A stretch of DNA of 63,859 bases, the filler included, from Octopus bimaculoides (lineage: Eukaryota): NCBI RefSeq assembly GCF_001194135.2. It is 4 parts of 4 records of this genome, joined end to end, with 100 filler letters (N's around TTAATTAATTAA, not from the genome) between each part and the next. Parts side by side here need not be neighbours in the genome. Positions count along the whole stretch, not along the records: positions 17,961 to 40,016 come from NC_068983.1; positions 40,117 to 62,643 come from NC_068984.1; 2 more parts are not named here. The stretch is one strand, 5' to 3'. The notes under the pieces are model-generated. The model made no database searches. It was not told the origin of the DNA and saw only the letters and a list, made by a program, of their open reading frames with translations. Of this stretch, positions 36,467-50,021 are shown one piece after another (position 1 is the stretch's first letter; the number at the start of each line of letters is the position of its first letter). Made by a program: the position numbers and the translations under genes.

Positions 36467-37066
36467 CAGTGATAAGTGAAATTGTAATGTTATTATCTGT
36501 CCGAATATGTTTGATGTACGTTTGAATTGGGGAAAAAGTTACTCACTGCGTTTTGTCACGGAGAATATATCTCGCTTGCTGACAAATGGTGTATATACAC
36601 TTAGATCAGTTCGCAGCGCCACCTACCTAGACTGTGAGATGTTAACATTTCGGAGTAGTTGTCTCCTCATCGGTCACAGACATTAAGCAGACGACACTGC
36701 ATCAAGCATATTCGTACTGATAACATTACAGTTTCACTTATCACTGTTCAGTGCTCTCTCTTCCTAATTTATTTACGGTGAGCTGCCGTATAGCGCTGCC
36801 AGTCACCATACGGTAACTGTAAAAGCATGAGAGCGGTAATCTCTTAATTCAGCTTGCAGTGCCGTCTGCTTAGTGTCTGTGATCGATGAGGAGACAACTG
36901 CTCTGAAATATTAACATCTTACAGTCTAGGTAGGTGGTGCTGCGAGCTGATCTAGGTGTACACACACCATTTGTCAGCAAGCGAGATATATTCTTCGTGA
37001 CAAAACGCAGTCAGTAGCTTGTTCCCCAGTTCGAACGTGCATCAAGCATATTTGAACTGATAATAA
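36467..37066. repeat. Fold-back/MITE-like inverted repeat
   Basis: 36490-36700 is the reverse complement of 36856-37066 with scattered mismatches. 36467-36746 also has its own terminal inverted repeat (cagtgataagtgaaa/tttcacttatcactg). Confidence 0.85.
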
Positions 37067-37792
37067 TATTGCCATTTGCTACGTTACTTTTACTTTCTAA
37101 TAGAGGAGGCATCTGTAAATACAGCAGATATGTTCCGGTTTTATTACTGTCTCATCAACGAAAGTTTGGCATTTATTGTACTTGCTCACACAGTGTTGGA
37201 GAAATTTCTAAGTAAATATACAATATTGAATATTGGGATGATGTCGGAAGATAAAATTCTCAAGACATTAAATGGTTCAAAAACATAATTTGCATGAAAA
37301 ACGATATTAATCAATGACTCATATTGTATTTTTCTCACAGCACAATTATATTTTTTGTTAGCTTTTTAATATTGTCTGTATTAAATATGTGAACTATTGA
37401 TTTAGTTATCGTTTTTTTACATATAAACCAGTCTTCATTTTCGATTTCTTTAATTTTCTCTTTCGAACTGTCCCTTATAGATTTCAGCAGATATCAATAT
37501 TTATTGAACTAAATGTTACAATTAAAACAAAATTATTAAAAATTTTATTCAATGTCACGTCTACTGATATTGAGATTTAAAAGAAACACGTCTCAATCCG
37601 TTGTATAATGGAGCTTATGTAAGATTATCTGTATGTATAACTGAAACACGACCAGTTCTTCCCGCCCTCACTTATCAACTATATCCTAACCTTTAAACGT
37701 TCAGATTACTCTGTCAAGCAAAATGCTTATATATTCAAATTGGTTTGAATTAACCATGCATTATCTTGTAGCTTCAACATTTCCATGATATA

Positions 37793-38360
37793 TTGGTCTG
37801 TCAGATAAATTCGTTACTTTTTCCTCTTATCTTTCATTAACATTTCTAACAAATCTGTCAATTCTATATTTTTCATTGTTCACCACTTCTTGCCAACGTT
37901 CTATTAGTATATCAATGCCTTCACAGTAGGAATCACCTGGTCTTGACTCAAAGAATTCATCAGGCCTCGTTTTCAGCTCCACGTCGTTGTTGAACGAAAT
38001 GCTTCGCAGACTGTGGGAGAGCCACCGAAAATGGTGATAATCTGAAGGCACTTTATCAGGAGAATACGACGGGTGCGGTAGAATTAGCCACTTTGGAACC
38101 TTAGTTGATAGTGAAAAGAAACAAGTGTCAAAAATGCTCATTTTTTTTTACTATTTGGCACTACATCGCCATGTGTTTAAAAAGAGGTAAAATTTATTCA
38201 AATTTCAAAAGCGATAGACAAAAGTTGTAGAGGAAGAATACAGCTACAAAAAACAAAACAAAGCAAAAAAAAAAAATAATTAATACTCTACGATAAAAAT
38301 GTTTTCATGTTCATTCAAATGACATTGGAAAGGAACGAACGTATTTATCTGACAAGCTAA
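37793..38360 (-). mobile_element. Internally deleted mariner (DD34D) element
   Basis: PHPSYSPDKVPSDYHHFRWLSHSL..GIDILIERWQEVVNNE. Imperfect TIRs tgtcagataaattcgtt / aacgtatttatctgaca. Confidence 0.85.
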
Positions 38361-39351
38361 GAATTTATGAGATAGAAAAAACCCTAATAGCCAGGACTGA
38401 AACGTCTTTCGTCATAGATTCGTTAGATTAGGGCTGACCTGGGGGATAAGCAACAATAACAAAAACAACAAAGTTTGCATCGAAACATCGAAAGAAGGCT
38501 GATGCGTTGTCATTCAAATTTGGCAGCCAGATTTCCCCACACACCAGAGCTTATCGTTTCAACGAAGTCCTGTATATTTATCTTTATTTTCTTACTTCTT
38601 TCAGGAGTTAGACTGCAGCCATGCTGGGGCACCGCTTAAAAAATCTTAGTCGAACGAATCGACTCTAGTACTTGTTTTGTAAATAAACCCGTACTTATTC
38701 TATCAGTCTCTTTTACCGAACCGCTAACTTATGGGGACGTAGACACACTAATGCCGGTTGTCAAGCGGTAGTGGGGGGAAAACACAAGCACAAAGACGTA
38801 TACACACGCATAAATGTGTGTGTTTATATATATATATGTCCCACTGCGTGGCACTTTGGGCAAGTGTCTTCTACTATAGCCTCAGGCTGACCAAAGCCTT
38901 GTGAGTGGATTTGGTAGACGGAAACTGAAAGAAGCCCGTTGTATATATATATATATNNNNNNNNNNNNNNNNNNNNNNNNNNNNNNNNNNNNNNNNNNNN
39001 NNNNNNNNNNNNNNNNNNNNNNNNNNNNNNNNNNNNNNNNNNNNNNNNNNNNNNNNNNNNNNNNNNNNNNTGTGTGTTTGTGTGTCTGTTTGTCCCCCAA
39101 CATCGCTTGACAACCGATGCTGGTGTGTTCGCGTCCCCGTAACTTAGCGGTTCGGCAAAAGAGACCGATACAATAAGTACTAGGCTTACAAAGAATAAGT
39201 CCTGGGGTCGATTTGCTCGACTAAAGGCGGTGCTCCAGCATGGTCGCAGTCGGTTGACTGAAACAAGTAAGAGAGTAAAAGAGTATACATTGACGTAGAA
39301 TGTTGTAATTTTTTCTCATATCGAAGTTCGATTAGCTGAAAGAAGTTATTT

Positions 39352-39690
39352 TATAGTTCACGGTTAGCATCTAGGATTACCATGAATGGAAATAAAAATT
39401 CAAATTGAGGGAACGGAGCAGGTAAAACCCAGACTACATATGTATTCTCGCTAGTCACATCTTCTACGAATTAACACGGGATCCTTTGATGGCAACGTAA
39501 CCTTCATTTAACTAAAATATCTTTGACCTGATGAGAAGCTACTGGAATACACCTCGTTGTTGAGTAATTATTACTTCCGAGGTTCTGCTCGCTAGGAAAC
39601 ATATGTAGCCTGGATCTTACCTTCTCCATTCCCTCAATTTGGATTTTTATTCGCATTCATAGCTACCCTAGATGCTAATCCTGAACTATA
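39352..39690. mobile_element. MITE with long terminal inverted repeats
   Basis: tatagttcacggttagcatctagg..gagggaacggag..actacatatg mirrors catatgtag..ctccattccctc..cctagatgctaatcctgaactata. Confidence 0.8.
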
Positions 39691-39879
39691 ACATACCCTT
39701 TTCAGCTTATTGAACCTCAATATGGAAAAAACCTACAACCTTCTACACCAATAAACTATTATTGTTCCTAGAAGTTATTTTTTATGCCTACTTCGGATTG
39801 CTCGAAGCTTACTAACTTCCTACGTCTGGATCCTTGGGTCTTAAAATTACATACATATATATTTAACCATCCGCTCACA

Positions 39880-39930
39880 CCGTCTCCGATGAAGGGATAT
39901 AATAAGTATCCTGGAAACAGCTGTAAGACC
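39880..39930 (+). ncRNA. Minimal type I hammerhead ribozyme motif (U4C core variant)
   Basis: CCGTCT-CCGATGA-a GGGATA taataag TATCCT g-GAAAC-AGCT-GTA-AGAC. Confidence 0.6.
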
Positions 39931-40116
39931 TATTTATAAATGTCCTATATTATACACAGCCTTGATTCTTTATCTCATTACGAAATCCTTATATATATAT
40001 ATATATATATATATATNNNNNNNNNNNNNNNNNNNNNNNNNNNNNNNNNNNNNNNNNNNNTTAATTAATTAANNNNNNNNNNNNNNNNNNNNNNNNNNNN
40101 NNNNNNNNNNNNNNNN

Positions 40117-40161
<45 letters not shown>

Positions 40162-40759
40162 TTCGTCTTTATGTTTTCGTTCCTCATTGTTTTTAACGTT
40201 TTTACTGATGTCGTGTACCCATGTATGCATGTATGTATACATATAGTTGTAGGTATGTACATATATGCATGGATATATGCATATATTTATATATTATTGA
40301 TGTTATTATATGATCGAACTCCACGTATTGTCTCCAAGTAAGTTTTATCTTAATAAATTCTATTGCGCACTCTACTACTATTACTATCACGATCCCTGTC
40401 TATCTTCTCCCTCTCTTGTTCTTCATCCTTTCTGTTTTTCTCTCCCAACCTTCCCCCATTCTTCTCTTCCTTTCACCGTTTCCTCTCTCTCACTCCACCT
40501 TCTTGATCCTCTCGTCGCTGACACGTGACGAAAGAGATTCTTTCTTTCTACTTCATGTCTTCCTATAGAGAAGCTGTGATTTTTTTTGTCTCTCATTCAC
40601 ATCTAACTTCGCGTTCAAAATAATAATTTTTCTATCGTCTTGGCCTAACAGCCCTTACCGTTTGTTCTCACTGCTCTGTTTTGTTTTTACTGTCTTGTTC
40701 TCACTGTCCTGTTCTTGTTTACACTTTCACCCTTCGCAAAAAAATTTGATTTGATTTGC

Positions 40760-40980
40760 TTTGCGGGAAGGACTGTTCCAACGAAGTCGCGTATTGTCCT
40801 TGCCTTCGAAATGCGTAGTAGATGGAACAGGGACAACTGACGAAGGGGTATACTCTTTACGTTGCATGTCTCGTTTCTCTGTTGGTTTTTTTTCGTTGTT
40901 CGATATAAGTTCGTTTTCTGTTTTCGTTTCTCATTTTGTTTAACGTTTTTTGTCATGTCCTGTACCCATATATGGATGTA
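40760..40980. repeat. Unclassified dispersed repeat; inverted copy at 56480-56690 and a fragment at 40160-40230
   Basis: ctgacgaaggggtatactcttt..gtctcgtttctctg..tttcgtttctcatt..tgtcctgtacccatat is shared in opposite orientations. Confidence 0.75.
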
Positions 40981-41179
40981 CGNNNNNNNNNNNNNNNNNN
41001 NNNNNNNNNNNNNNNNNNNNNNNNNNNNNNNNNNNNNNNNNNNNNNNNNNNNNNNNNNNNNNNNNNNNNNNNNNNNNNNNNNNNNNNNNNNNNNNNNNNN
41101 NNNNNNNNNNNNNNNNNNNNNNNNNNNNNNNNNNNNNNNNNNNNNNNNNNNNNNNNNNNNNNNNNNNNNNNNNNNNNNN

Positions 41180-41210
<31 letters not shown>

Positions 41211-41293
41211 CCCACAAAATATATAGACGTACATACATTGATATATACGTACACACATATGTGTGTTTGTGTGTGTGTGTGTGTGTATGTGTG

Positions 41294-41335
<42 letters not shown>

Positions 41336-43547
41336 GCTCATGAAGTCGATGCGTAGTTGGATAAAGTTTGAAGCAGGTGATTTATGAAGCGAAACTCTAA
41401 ACCGCTCATACTTGCACCAAAGTTTACATGTTCGAACTGGGTTTCTTTTTTTTCTTTTCTGTTTGTAAGAGAATGGCATCTATTGAAACACGATAACCCT
41501 GGAGCAACAAAGCAGCACTGAAGATTTTACTAATTCGTTTAACTTATAAAAATCCCTTTAACAAGAGAGCTGCATAATGTGTTCATATATGAACTATTTC
41601 TAAAGTAAAAAAAAAAAAACCCCAAAAATAATGATTTTGATTTCACAAACAAATCCAGCGGCAAGAGTTTGTATTGTCAAGCAGTAAACAATGCAAACAT
41701 TGGCGGCTTGGAAAACAGAATTAAAAAAAAATATTATTCCAAAATTCTGGATTTATGTTGCATATGTATTGATTCTTGCTGTATGTAGATACATTGCATT
41801 TGTCGCACCAAAATATGGAAATTCAGATAAGGAACGAAAGCTAGAATCTATGGAAAAATGATTTACATATATGATTAAGTGAAGCGAATGAATTTTGCTT
41901 CATGGCTGTGTGTTTTACAACTAAACCGCGATCATGATAACTGGTTTGTAACGGGTGTGTGGAAATTTAGAATCATTAAATGAACAATCTGTTAGACGAT
42001 GGGATTCTCAGAGAGAAGCAGTAGTACTTTGCATCGGTGACCTCGACCGTCTTTGTAATAATGGCTACGTTTTACCGGGTTAGACAGCCATTGCGTGATA
42101 CATCATATAGTGAAGTTATGTTTAGTGTTAAACTGGTGATCTACCGCTTGTTGATCAACATATTATATAGAAGAGCAACGTGCCTCCGTGAAAATATGTC
42201 TCAAGTTTTCAATTTGCAAACAACAGTTCTGAGAAGATGATGTCTTTCAGACATATGCAAAATCAGGAATATCAGCATCTAAAATGGAGACGAACATTCA
42301 TGTCAGTCGATCTGAACCTGTACGATCAGACCATAGGCAAATTATGGATTTGGCCATTTTGGTTCGTGAAAAATAGTTCCTTTATTCTCAATGGAATTTC
42401 CGAAGACGTGCGAGTCAGTAAAGATTCATGTCAAATGATTTGAAGATATATTGCGTATTAAGTTTGTCCCAAGTGATTTTGGGGAAGATCGAAGATAAAT
42501 TTATTTCTTATTTCTTTGTTGCCCACAAGGGGCTAAACATAGAGGGGACAAACAAGGACAGACAAAGGGATTAAGTCGATTATATCGACCCCAGTACGCA
42601 ACTGTTACTTTATTCATCGACCCCGAAAGGATGAAAGGGAAAGTCGACCTCGGCGATATTTGAACTCAGAACGTAGCGGCAGACGAAATACCGCTAAACA
42701 TTTCGCCCGGTGTGCTAACGTTTCGGCCAGGTCATCGCCAGCTCGAAGATAAATTGTATTTCTGCAAATTGTGCGCTCACAGATGCGCAGCGAGAGAAAA
42801 TATGATGTTGCCGAAAAAACATTGGGCCATCTAAACTGCAACCAAAAATATTAAATTTGCAGCTTAATGTTGGTTGTGATTTATCGTTGAATCTGTGTCG
42901 GTCATTACGAGTTCGTTCCACAGCGTCTGATAACATTACTCGAAGCTTTCAGGGAAAATTAAGCAGATATTTCTTGCTGGTAGTGAGACTTAGAGGTGTA
43001 TTCATTGGCTTCAGTAATTTTAACTGTTTTATAAAACACCAAAATTATGTCTGCAACAGTATGAAATAGGAAAACACTTTTAAATATACTTTTTGCTAGC
43101 ATATATGAACGGATAATCACTGAATGTTTACCGAAACGTGGCTTTCTATGTATTAATGTTTATAATTTACAAGACCTAAGTAAACCTTAGAGAGAAATAA
43201 ACTTAAATTTAATTTTACGCCTAGTTGCCATTCTACACATCTCCGGCCAATTTTACACCAAACACCCGAACTCAATTACCTACAGTTTATGAGAATAAAT
43301 TATATTTTATTCCATTTTCATATTAATCGGAATCAACACACTATAATCATACAATCGTTCGATCGATGTTATTCTATGATACGCTTGACTTGGACAATAT
43401 AAACATAATTATACTTCTCAAACACGTGGAAGTTTTTTTCCCGATATTCCTATATTCAGAGAATGATGCAGGCTGTTTTTTTTTCTATCTATGTTACACC
43501 CCCTAGTCATACCGTTCGCTATATAATATATATATATATATATATAG

Positions 43548-43590
<43 letters not shown>

Positions 43591-43631
43591 CATGCGTATA
43601 CACATATAACTTCCATATTTACGTATGTATG

Positions 43632-43703
<72 letters not shown>

Positions 43704-44632
43704 ACATCATAAAAGGTGAAGTATTATACATCCTCAAAAACTATTAGAGTATTCTACACAATACATTCACGTTACATTTTCCGCCCGACAAGCGTTTCCG
43801 ATGCACAGGTTCTCTATTTTCCCTAGATGTAACACTTATGTGCATAGTGTTGCGCAATTTCAGTATATGTACATCCAGTGTAGACGTATCTATGCTGCTT
43901 TATCCAACTTTATACCGGTTCGGGTTTGTGAAGCTGACTGAGGAATTCGTTCTTTCGTAGTTCTATTCAAATTATTTTTCAGGTGGAATAGTTTTAAAAT
44001 CTAAATGTAGATGATTATAGATATAGCTGTGTAACACGATATGACTATATATTCTATTATCATTGCCCCTTAAGAATGCAAAGGAATGCAGTATCTATAA
44101 ACTTAGTAGTCGAAGAGGCCTTAACTAGGTCAAGATGTATTTCCATTATGGACAACACGTGATAGGGATAGAATGAACTTTGTAAGTTAAATACATAGAT
44201 TAAGAGAAATCAAGAGAATGAGGAATTCAATGGAAGATAAATAATTAAAAAAAAAACGGAACGGGGTTTATCGTGAGATTGTTAAAAGCCAGGTTTTGTA
44301 AATATACGGTTTCTGACTAGGTAATCCTATGTTTGCTTTACGTATGTGATATCTCTTTAATACTTCTTATTTGGAAAATATTTAAAATACTTTCCTAAAA
44401 GAATGCACGGGGTTCAGAGCTAATTCATGTCTATAATTTATTAACCATTATCTAGAGATAAATATATGGAAAATTTTTTCGAAGCAGAAATTTCACATCA
44501 GGTTCGTATGAGTATAGGGTGAAACTCTACTTATGAACCCATTTTGTATAGAATTTAACGTTCTTGTCCTTTAACGACCAGATGGTGTTGGTAGGTAAAG
44601 GAAGAGTAGAACAAAAGAGGGGGGGAAAGAAA

Positions 44633-44719
44633 ACGAAGAAGAAGAAGAAGAAGAAGAAGAAGAAGAAGAAGAAGAAGAAGAAGAAGAAGAAGAAGAAGAA
44701 GAAGAAGAAGAAGAAGAAG
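44633..44719. repeat. (GAA)n microsatellite
   Basis: Direct reading. Confidence 0.95.
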
Positions 44720-46699
44720 GCATAGTATTATTATTAGAAATGTTCTGGAGTTTATTCATTTGAAGTGTGTCTCCGTGAATATAAGTTTAATCAAAATAAA
44801 GTAAGAGACTTCCATGGATCTGACTGGTCTACAGTTTGAGCACCCGAATTAGAATTTAGTCTAGATATAAGTGTGTTCACTGCATCTGAAAGTAATTTCC
44901 TTTATGATCTTGTTACTTACTAAAATACGTGCTGAAGTAAATTTACCCTGGGGTAATTTTCACTTTTAATTAAAGCGTATTGATGGTGCTTTTAACATCA
45001 AAATATAAAATGCGGATTTTTCTTCATCATGGTGAGTTGAAATCCCAAACCTAGCTTGCTAGTATTTTGATTCGCATCTTGTAATAATGACGAAAAGAGA
45101 AAACACAACGACTTATAGAATCGTGACATAATAAGAGTTAAGAATGACAGGAGATTTAAACTAGAGAACGCAGAAAAATTTAATCATCTATTTTTAAAAA
45201 TATATTCATGGAAAATAACAGAGAACAATGTCTTCATTGAAAGTCAGGTTTATCGAAGTTAATTAAGAATTACTTCAACAGAAAACACGACGAATATATT
45301 CCCAAGTTAAATCTACGAATAGAAACAAGATGTGTAATTTTTCATGAATTAAGATTGAAATTAAAATTCTTAATAAGAGAAATACATTGAACTATGAGGG
45401 AAAAAAGCGAAATACACTTTCACTATTGTGAATTAAAACCTGTTACTTTAAGAAGAGAGAATTTAGTGAACGATATGTTGAATTGTATTTTTCTCGAGTT
45501 GGTATACTTTTTTGTTTCCCCAAGGTACACCTGTGTTCGATTATCACTGATTTATACAGCACTGATCTGGTATTACACGGTTCGACAATTGTGAACCGTG
45601 TTACGTTTGTGACAAATGAATCTGTGATAACAAAAGTCGGCGATCGGTGAAAGATTCTGCTTGGACAGAAAAAGCGGTTCCCGGTACCATCCACAGCGCT
45701 GAGGACAAACTTGAATCTCCGGAAGAAGCCTAATATTCCCATATGTTCTATCATTCATCGATCTCTTCTTCATTCGACACGGTTCCACCCCCATCCTTGG
45801 CAGCAAACACCCGTAAAAGTGAATGGATGTATAAAAATGAATAAATCTAGTCTCGATTATTACGGAGGTTTCTTTAAAACACAATATAGTAATAAAATTA
45901 AATTTCGTATTCATAAATAGATATAAGTAACTCCATGATAAATGAATCATCGCCACAACCGTTGTACATGGAATTACTGGTAGATTTACTAGCACTAAAC
46001 TCGCCGCCCAACTCATCAAAGCTTTCAATGTTACGTATTATCTTCATAATCATCTTTTCTTGTATGGAATACATTCGTCTGAGACGTTCGTTAGAATTAG
46101 ACACGTTCGTATGTTTTCTTTACACTGGGCCCATGTTTATAGCTTCGAGAATGTAAACCCATAAAAAAATACGCAGGTTTGTAGCACTGTAATGTAAACC
46201 AAGGTGACAGTCAGTATATGCTTAGCGGTATTTCGTCTGTCTTTACGTTCTGAGTTCAAATTCCGCCGAGGTCGACTTTGCCTTTCGCGGTCGATAAATT
46301 ATGTACCAGTTGCTTACTGGGGTCGGTCTCATCGACTGGCTCCCTTCCCCAAAATTTCGGGCCCTGTGCCTAGAGTAGAAAAAATGCCTTTCGATATTCA
46401 GCTACTGCAGCATTTTATCCCAAAATGTTTCGTCGTAGATTTGGTTTCGTAGTTAAAATTTCTTTTCGCAAACGGAGGTACACGTTTCCATCCTACTGCA
46501 CAGTATTTTCGGCGATTGGGATTCTGCTATAGTGTCCATTTCCCTGATGCGTACTACGTCAAATCACGAAGATAGATACTGTGTATAATGGTGATAGTAG
46601 CGGTGAGCAGAGTGGTGGGGCAGTAATAGTCATTATCATGATGATGGTGAAAGCGATGATGGAGTGACGGGTTCAGGAATTTCATCAAACTAGTAATCT

Positions 46700-47150
46700 A
46701 TGTTCCCAGCTGTCACAATCTTGTTTGCGGACTCAATTGTTCTTGGAAAGAAGCATGCTTGAATATTTGCTGGCTGAACTTGCTCGCATGCAGGCAGACA
46801 GGGGCAAAGTTACGAACATGCTACGAAAGCTTTTCAACAAAAGCTATTGATTTATTCAGTCACGCACAGATTATATCTTGTGGCCCGTCTGCTATTCTAC
46901 ACTGTTAACTGACATGGACATTGATACTATTATACTTCTGGTACCAGACATCAATCGCGATGTAGAATTCCACATTGTTTTACTTGCGATTGTATAAAAT
47001 TATTGCGAGAGTGTGGGTTTTAAGCATTTTTTGGGGGCCTTATATACGATTTTGTGGTATTTCCCGTTGTGAACTTTGACTACGTAGACAAGGTATTTGG
47101 AAAGTCATTCTTTTCTTTCGGTGGACATTTCAACCTCTTTCTGAAATTTC
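46700..47150 (+). mobile_element. Possible highly decayed L1/Tx1-type endonuclease region
   Basis: Only two short motifs in manual translation: QSRTDYILW (SRIDYI-like) and RQGIWKV (GYWKFN-like). Confidence 0.3.
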
Positions 47151-47495
47151 GGTCACGATGAGCAAGACTCTAACTGTTATTATATGCAGTTTTATTTGTT
47201 ATATCATGCAATATCTGCGACCTTATAGTATTAAGGCAGATGTAAGTAAATTCAACTGTGTTTTTATTGAAAAACATGTCATCTTTACGAAGACCGATGG
47301 AGTGCTTTCTTCTCATGGAAAGGAAGCTCCTCAATAGTAGTTGAGGAGCTTTATGTGAATATATTTCAATTTTCTGTTTCATCTGTATATTCTTTTTTCT
47401 CGGTTTCTTTTTTTCTTCTAATTATATCATCTCACCTCCATCATCTCTCCCTACGACAATAAACCTATATATGCATATGTGTGTGTATGTGTGTT

Positions 47496-47561
<66 letters not shown>

Positions 47562-49507
47562 TGTATATACGTGTATATGTACGTATGTATATGCATGCAT
47601 GTTTGTATCCTCTACCTGTATGTATTAGTGAGGCACGTGCACAGCGGCTAGAATATGGACAATCTAAGTCGGTTGAATATCCCTCCTGGTATTTAACCGC
47701 ACAGGTATCTTATTGGTCTGTTCTCTGTCTGTCCGTTCTCTCTCTCTCTCTTTTTCCCTCTCCCTTTCTCTCTCTCTCTCTCCATCAAACACACATTCAT
47801 TCATACGCACATAAATGCACCAAATCATGGAGCGAGCCGTGAGAGTCTTATGACGATCAGCGTTATTTTCCACAAAATTCACGATGTAAAATGACGAAAA
47901 ATTAGTAGACAATGAAAGAATATAATATATATAAACATAATCATAGCAAAAATCCTGAAATATATCGAAAATGTGAAAATTTCTCGTATGTTAAATGTAA
48001 ATGACAACTTTATAATTTTAAATAGCTAAAAGTACCCAAGAACGCAGAGGTAGGGTTTGAGTAACGAATGCAGGATTTGAACTCACAAAGCATTACGAAT
48101 GTCTCTGAATTATTGAATAGCATATAACATAGTTATTGGAAGCTCAGTAAAGTGTATTGTGTGGAGGAGAAAACGTAGATATTTTTGTTTCATATTTCAT
48201 ATGCTTTGATACAGTTTAGTCTTATCAAACACTGACAACATTTAATAGAAATACAATTTAATCTTCGCCTTCCAGCAATTCAACATGTTGTTTTGCGTAA
48301 TTTATTATCTATTATGTATATGCTGTGATGAACCAAATTTATGAACGTACCTGCAGGTTCCCATTTAGAGGTTTGCAACCTTCCTATAGTAACCGCTACC
48401 TATCATTTTCTATATCTCTCTATTTCTCTCTCTCCTTCTTCCTTTCTCTCTTCTTTCCACACATACAAGCATACGCTCTCTTCCTTCTTCCACAGTTATC
48501 ATCTCTCTTTCCCTCTCTCTCCTTCCTTTCGCTCATCTCGAAGAAAACAAATATCCATAAAAGAGTGTTCCATATTGGCAGAGGAATTAGATGAAGATGC
48601 CAATTATACTGAAGGTCATGCGGTTATTTCCTCTTTATATTCAGTTGCATTCAATTTCCTTCAGAGGTGTTCGTCTGAGCTGAGACTCTGCCAGAGATGC
48701 CTAGCCTTTGCATTTCTTCCCAACAGTTCCTACTAAATTCTAGCTCTAGGCTAATTGGAAAGAATTGGACTATTTTGAAGTCTATAGGACCTAACAACTT
48801 TAGGAAATACCTCTTACCTTCTTAGGTTTTCTCTGTAGTTTGTCTACTTTGCATTCTCAATTCCTCTCTGATTTCAAAAGACACTCCATTTTTCTCTTAG
48901 TTTTTACCTCTTTAATTTCGTTCTCCTTTCGATCATTCTTTCTCAATATTATTCGTAGCATCTTTACCTGCTCCTTTTATCCTTCTTCCGTTTCTCGTTT
49001 TTATCATACATTCATTTCTCTTATTTCTATTTTTTCGTTTCTTTTCATATTTCTGCCTTTGTTTATATCCCTTTACTCTCATTTATATCTTAGGACTGTA
49101 ATTTCATACTCGCAATTTTTAATAATTTTAGTTTACATTTAAACGCAACACGTAGACAACACTTCAACTCAAAGTACGCATTCCTAAACATACGCTGACA
49201 ACTGAGACACAGACGCAAACGTACGCAGTAAATCACACAAATACGAATATCTCTCATTGAGAATACATGGAAGAGCTCACGTGCATGTGTATTATATATA
49301 CACCGGCTCCTTGCTCTATACGTGTGTATACAATACGAAAAACAGCGAAAATCATAGAATATCAAATATATTTCAACCGAAACAGAAATTTCATTATCGG
49401 TTTCTCTTTCTTGAGAGGCTTTGAATAAACAAAGTTTATTGGCTAATAAGATTTAATATCTATGAATATATTTTGTTACTTTATCCGACAGGCATATTGC
49501 TGCGACG

Positions 49508-49543
49508 ATAATAATAATAATAATAATAGTAATAATAATAATA

Positions 49544-49602
<59 letters not shown>

Positions 49603-49657
49603 CATGATGATGATACTAAAAATAACAATGATGATGATGATAATAAAAATAACAGTG

Positions 49658-49692
<35 letters not shown>

Positions 49693-49700
49693 AATAATTA
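49508..49700. repeat. (AAT)n/(GAT)n microsatellite
   Basis: Direct reading. Confidence 0.95.
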
Positions 49701-49701
49701 T

Positions 49702-49941
49702 AAATAAAAAGACAAAAATCAGGCCTCCTCATCGATATGACTGTCCCAATCGACATAAATGTATCTGTCAAGACCTACCAAAAACTGAGCAAGTATAAAC
49801 ATCTTGAAATAGAAATTGGCAAAATGTGGAACATGAAGACTAAAACAATACCTGTTGTCATAGGTGCCCTAGGAATGATAGCAAAAAGGGGCTGACTGAT
49901 ACCTAGATCAGATAACAGGAAACCCCAAAATGGCAGAAATT
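49702..49941 (+). mobile_element. R4/Dong-like non-LTR retrotransposon, RLE C-terminal fragment
   Basis: Manual translation: LLIDMTVPIDINVSVKTYQKLSKYKHLEIEIGKMWNMKTKTIPVVIGALGMIAK. Confidence 0.8.
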
Positions 49942-49954
49942 GATAGTATATGTA

Positions 49955-50021
<67 letters not shown>

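Noticed and set aside
40803-40860. GAAA...CTGACGA motif with a following hairpin (also 56620-56665, - strand) as a possible permuted hammerhead
   Set aside because: No GAAA follows the hairpin, and no stem I can be formed between the putative cleavage triplet and CUGACGA in either copy.
45525-45745. GC-richer + strand stretch after a good acceptor (tttttgtttccccaag)
   Set aside because: All three frames close within about 125 nt and none resembles calpain domain III. It could be a terminal exon but cannot be supported without RNA data.
45898-46104. - strand ORF with SNSMYNGCGDDSFI, loosely like the L1CAM cytoplasmic DGSFIGQY region
   Set aside because: FIGQY is absent, there is no good acceptor, and the similarity is at chance level.
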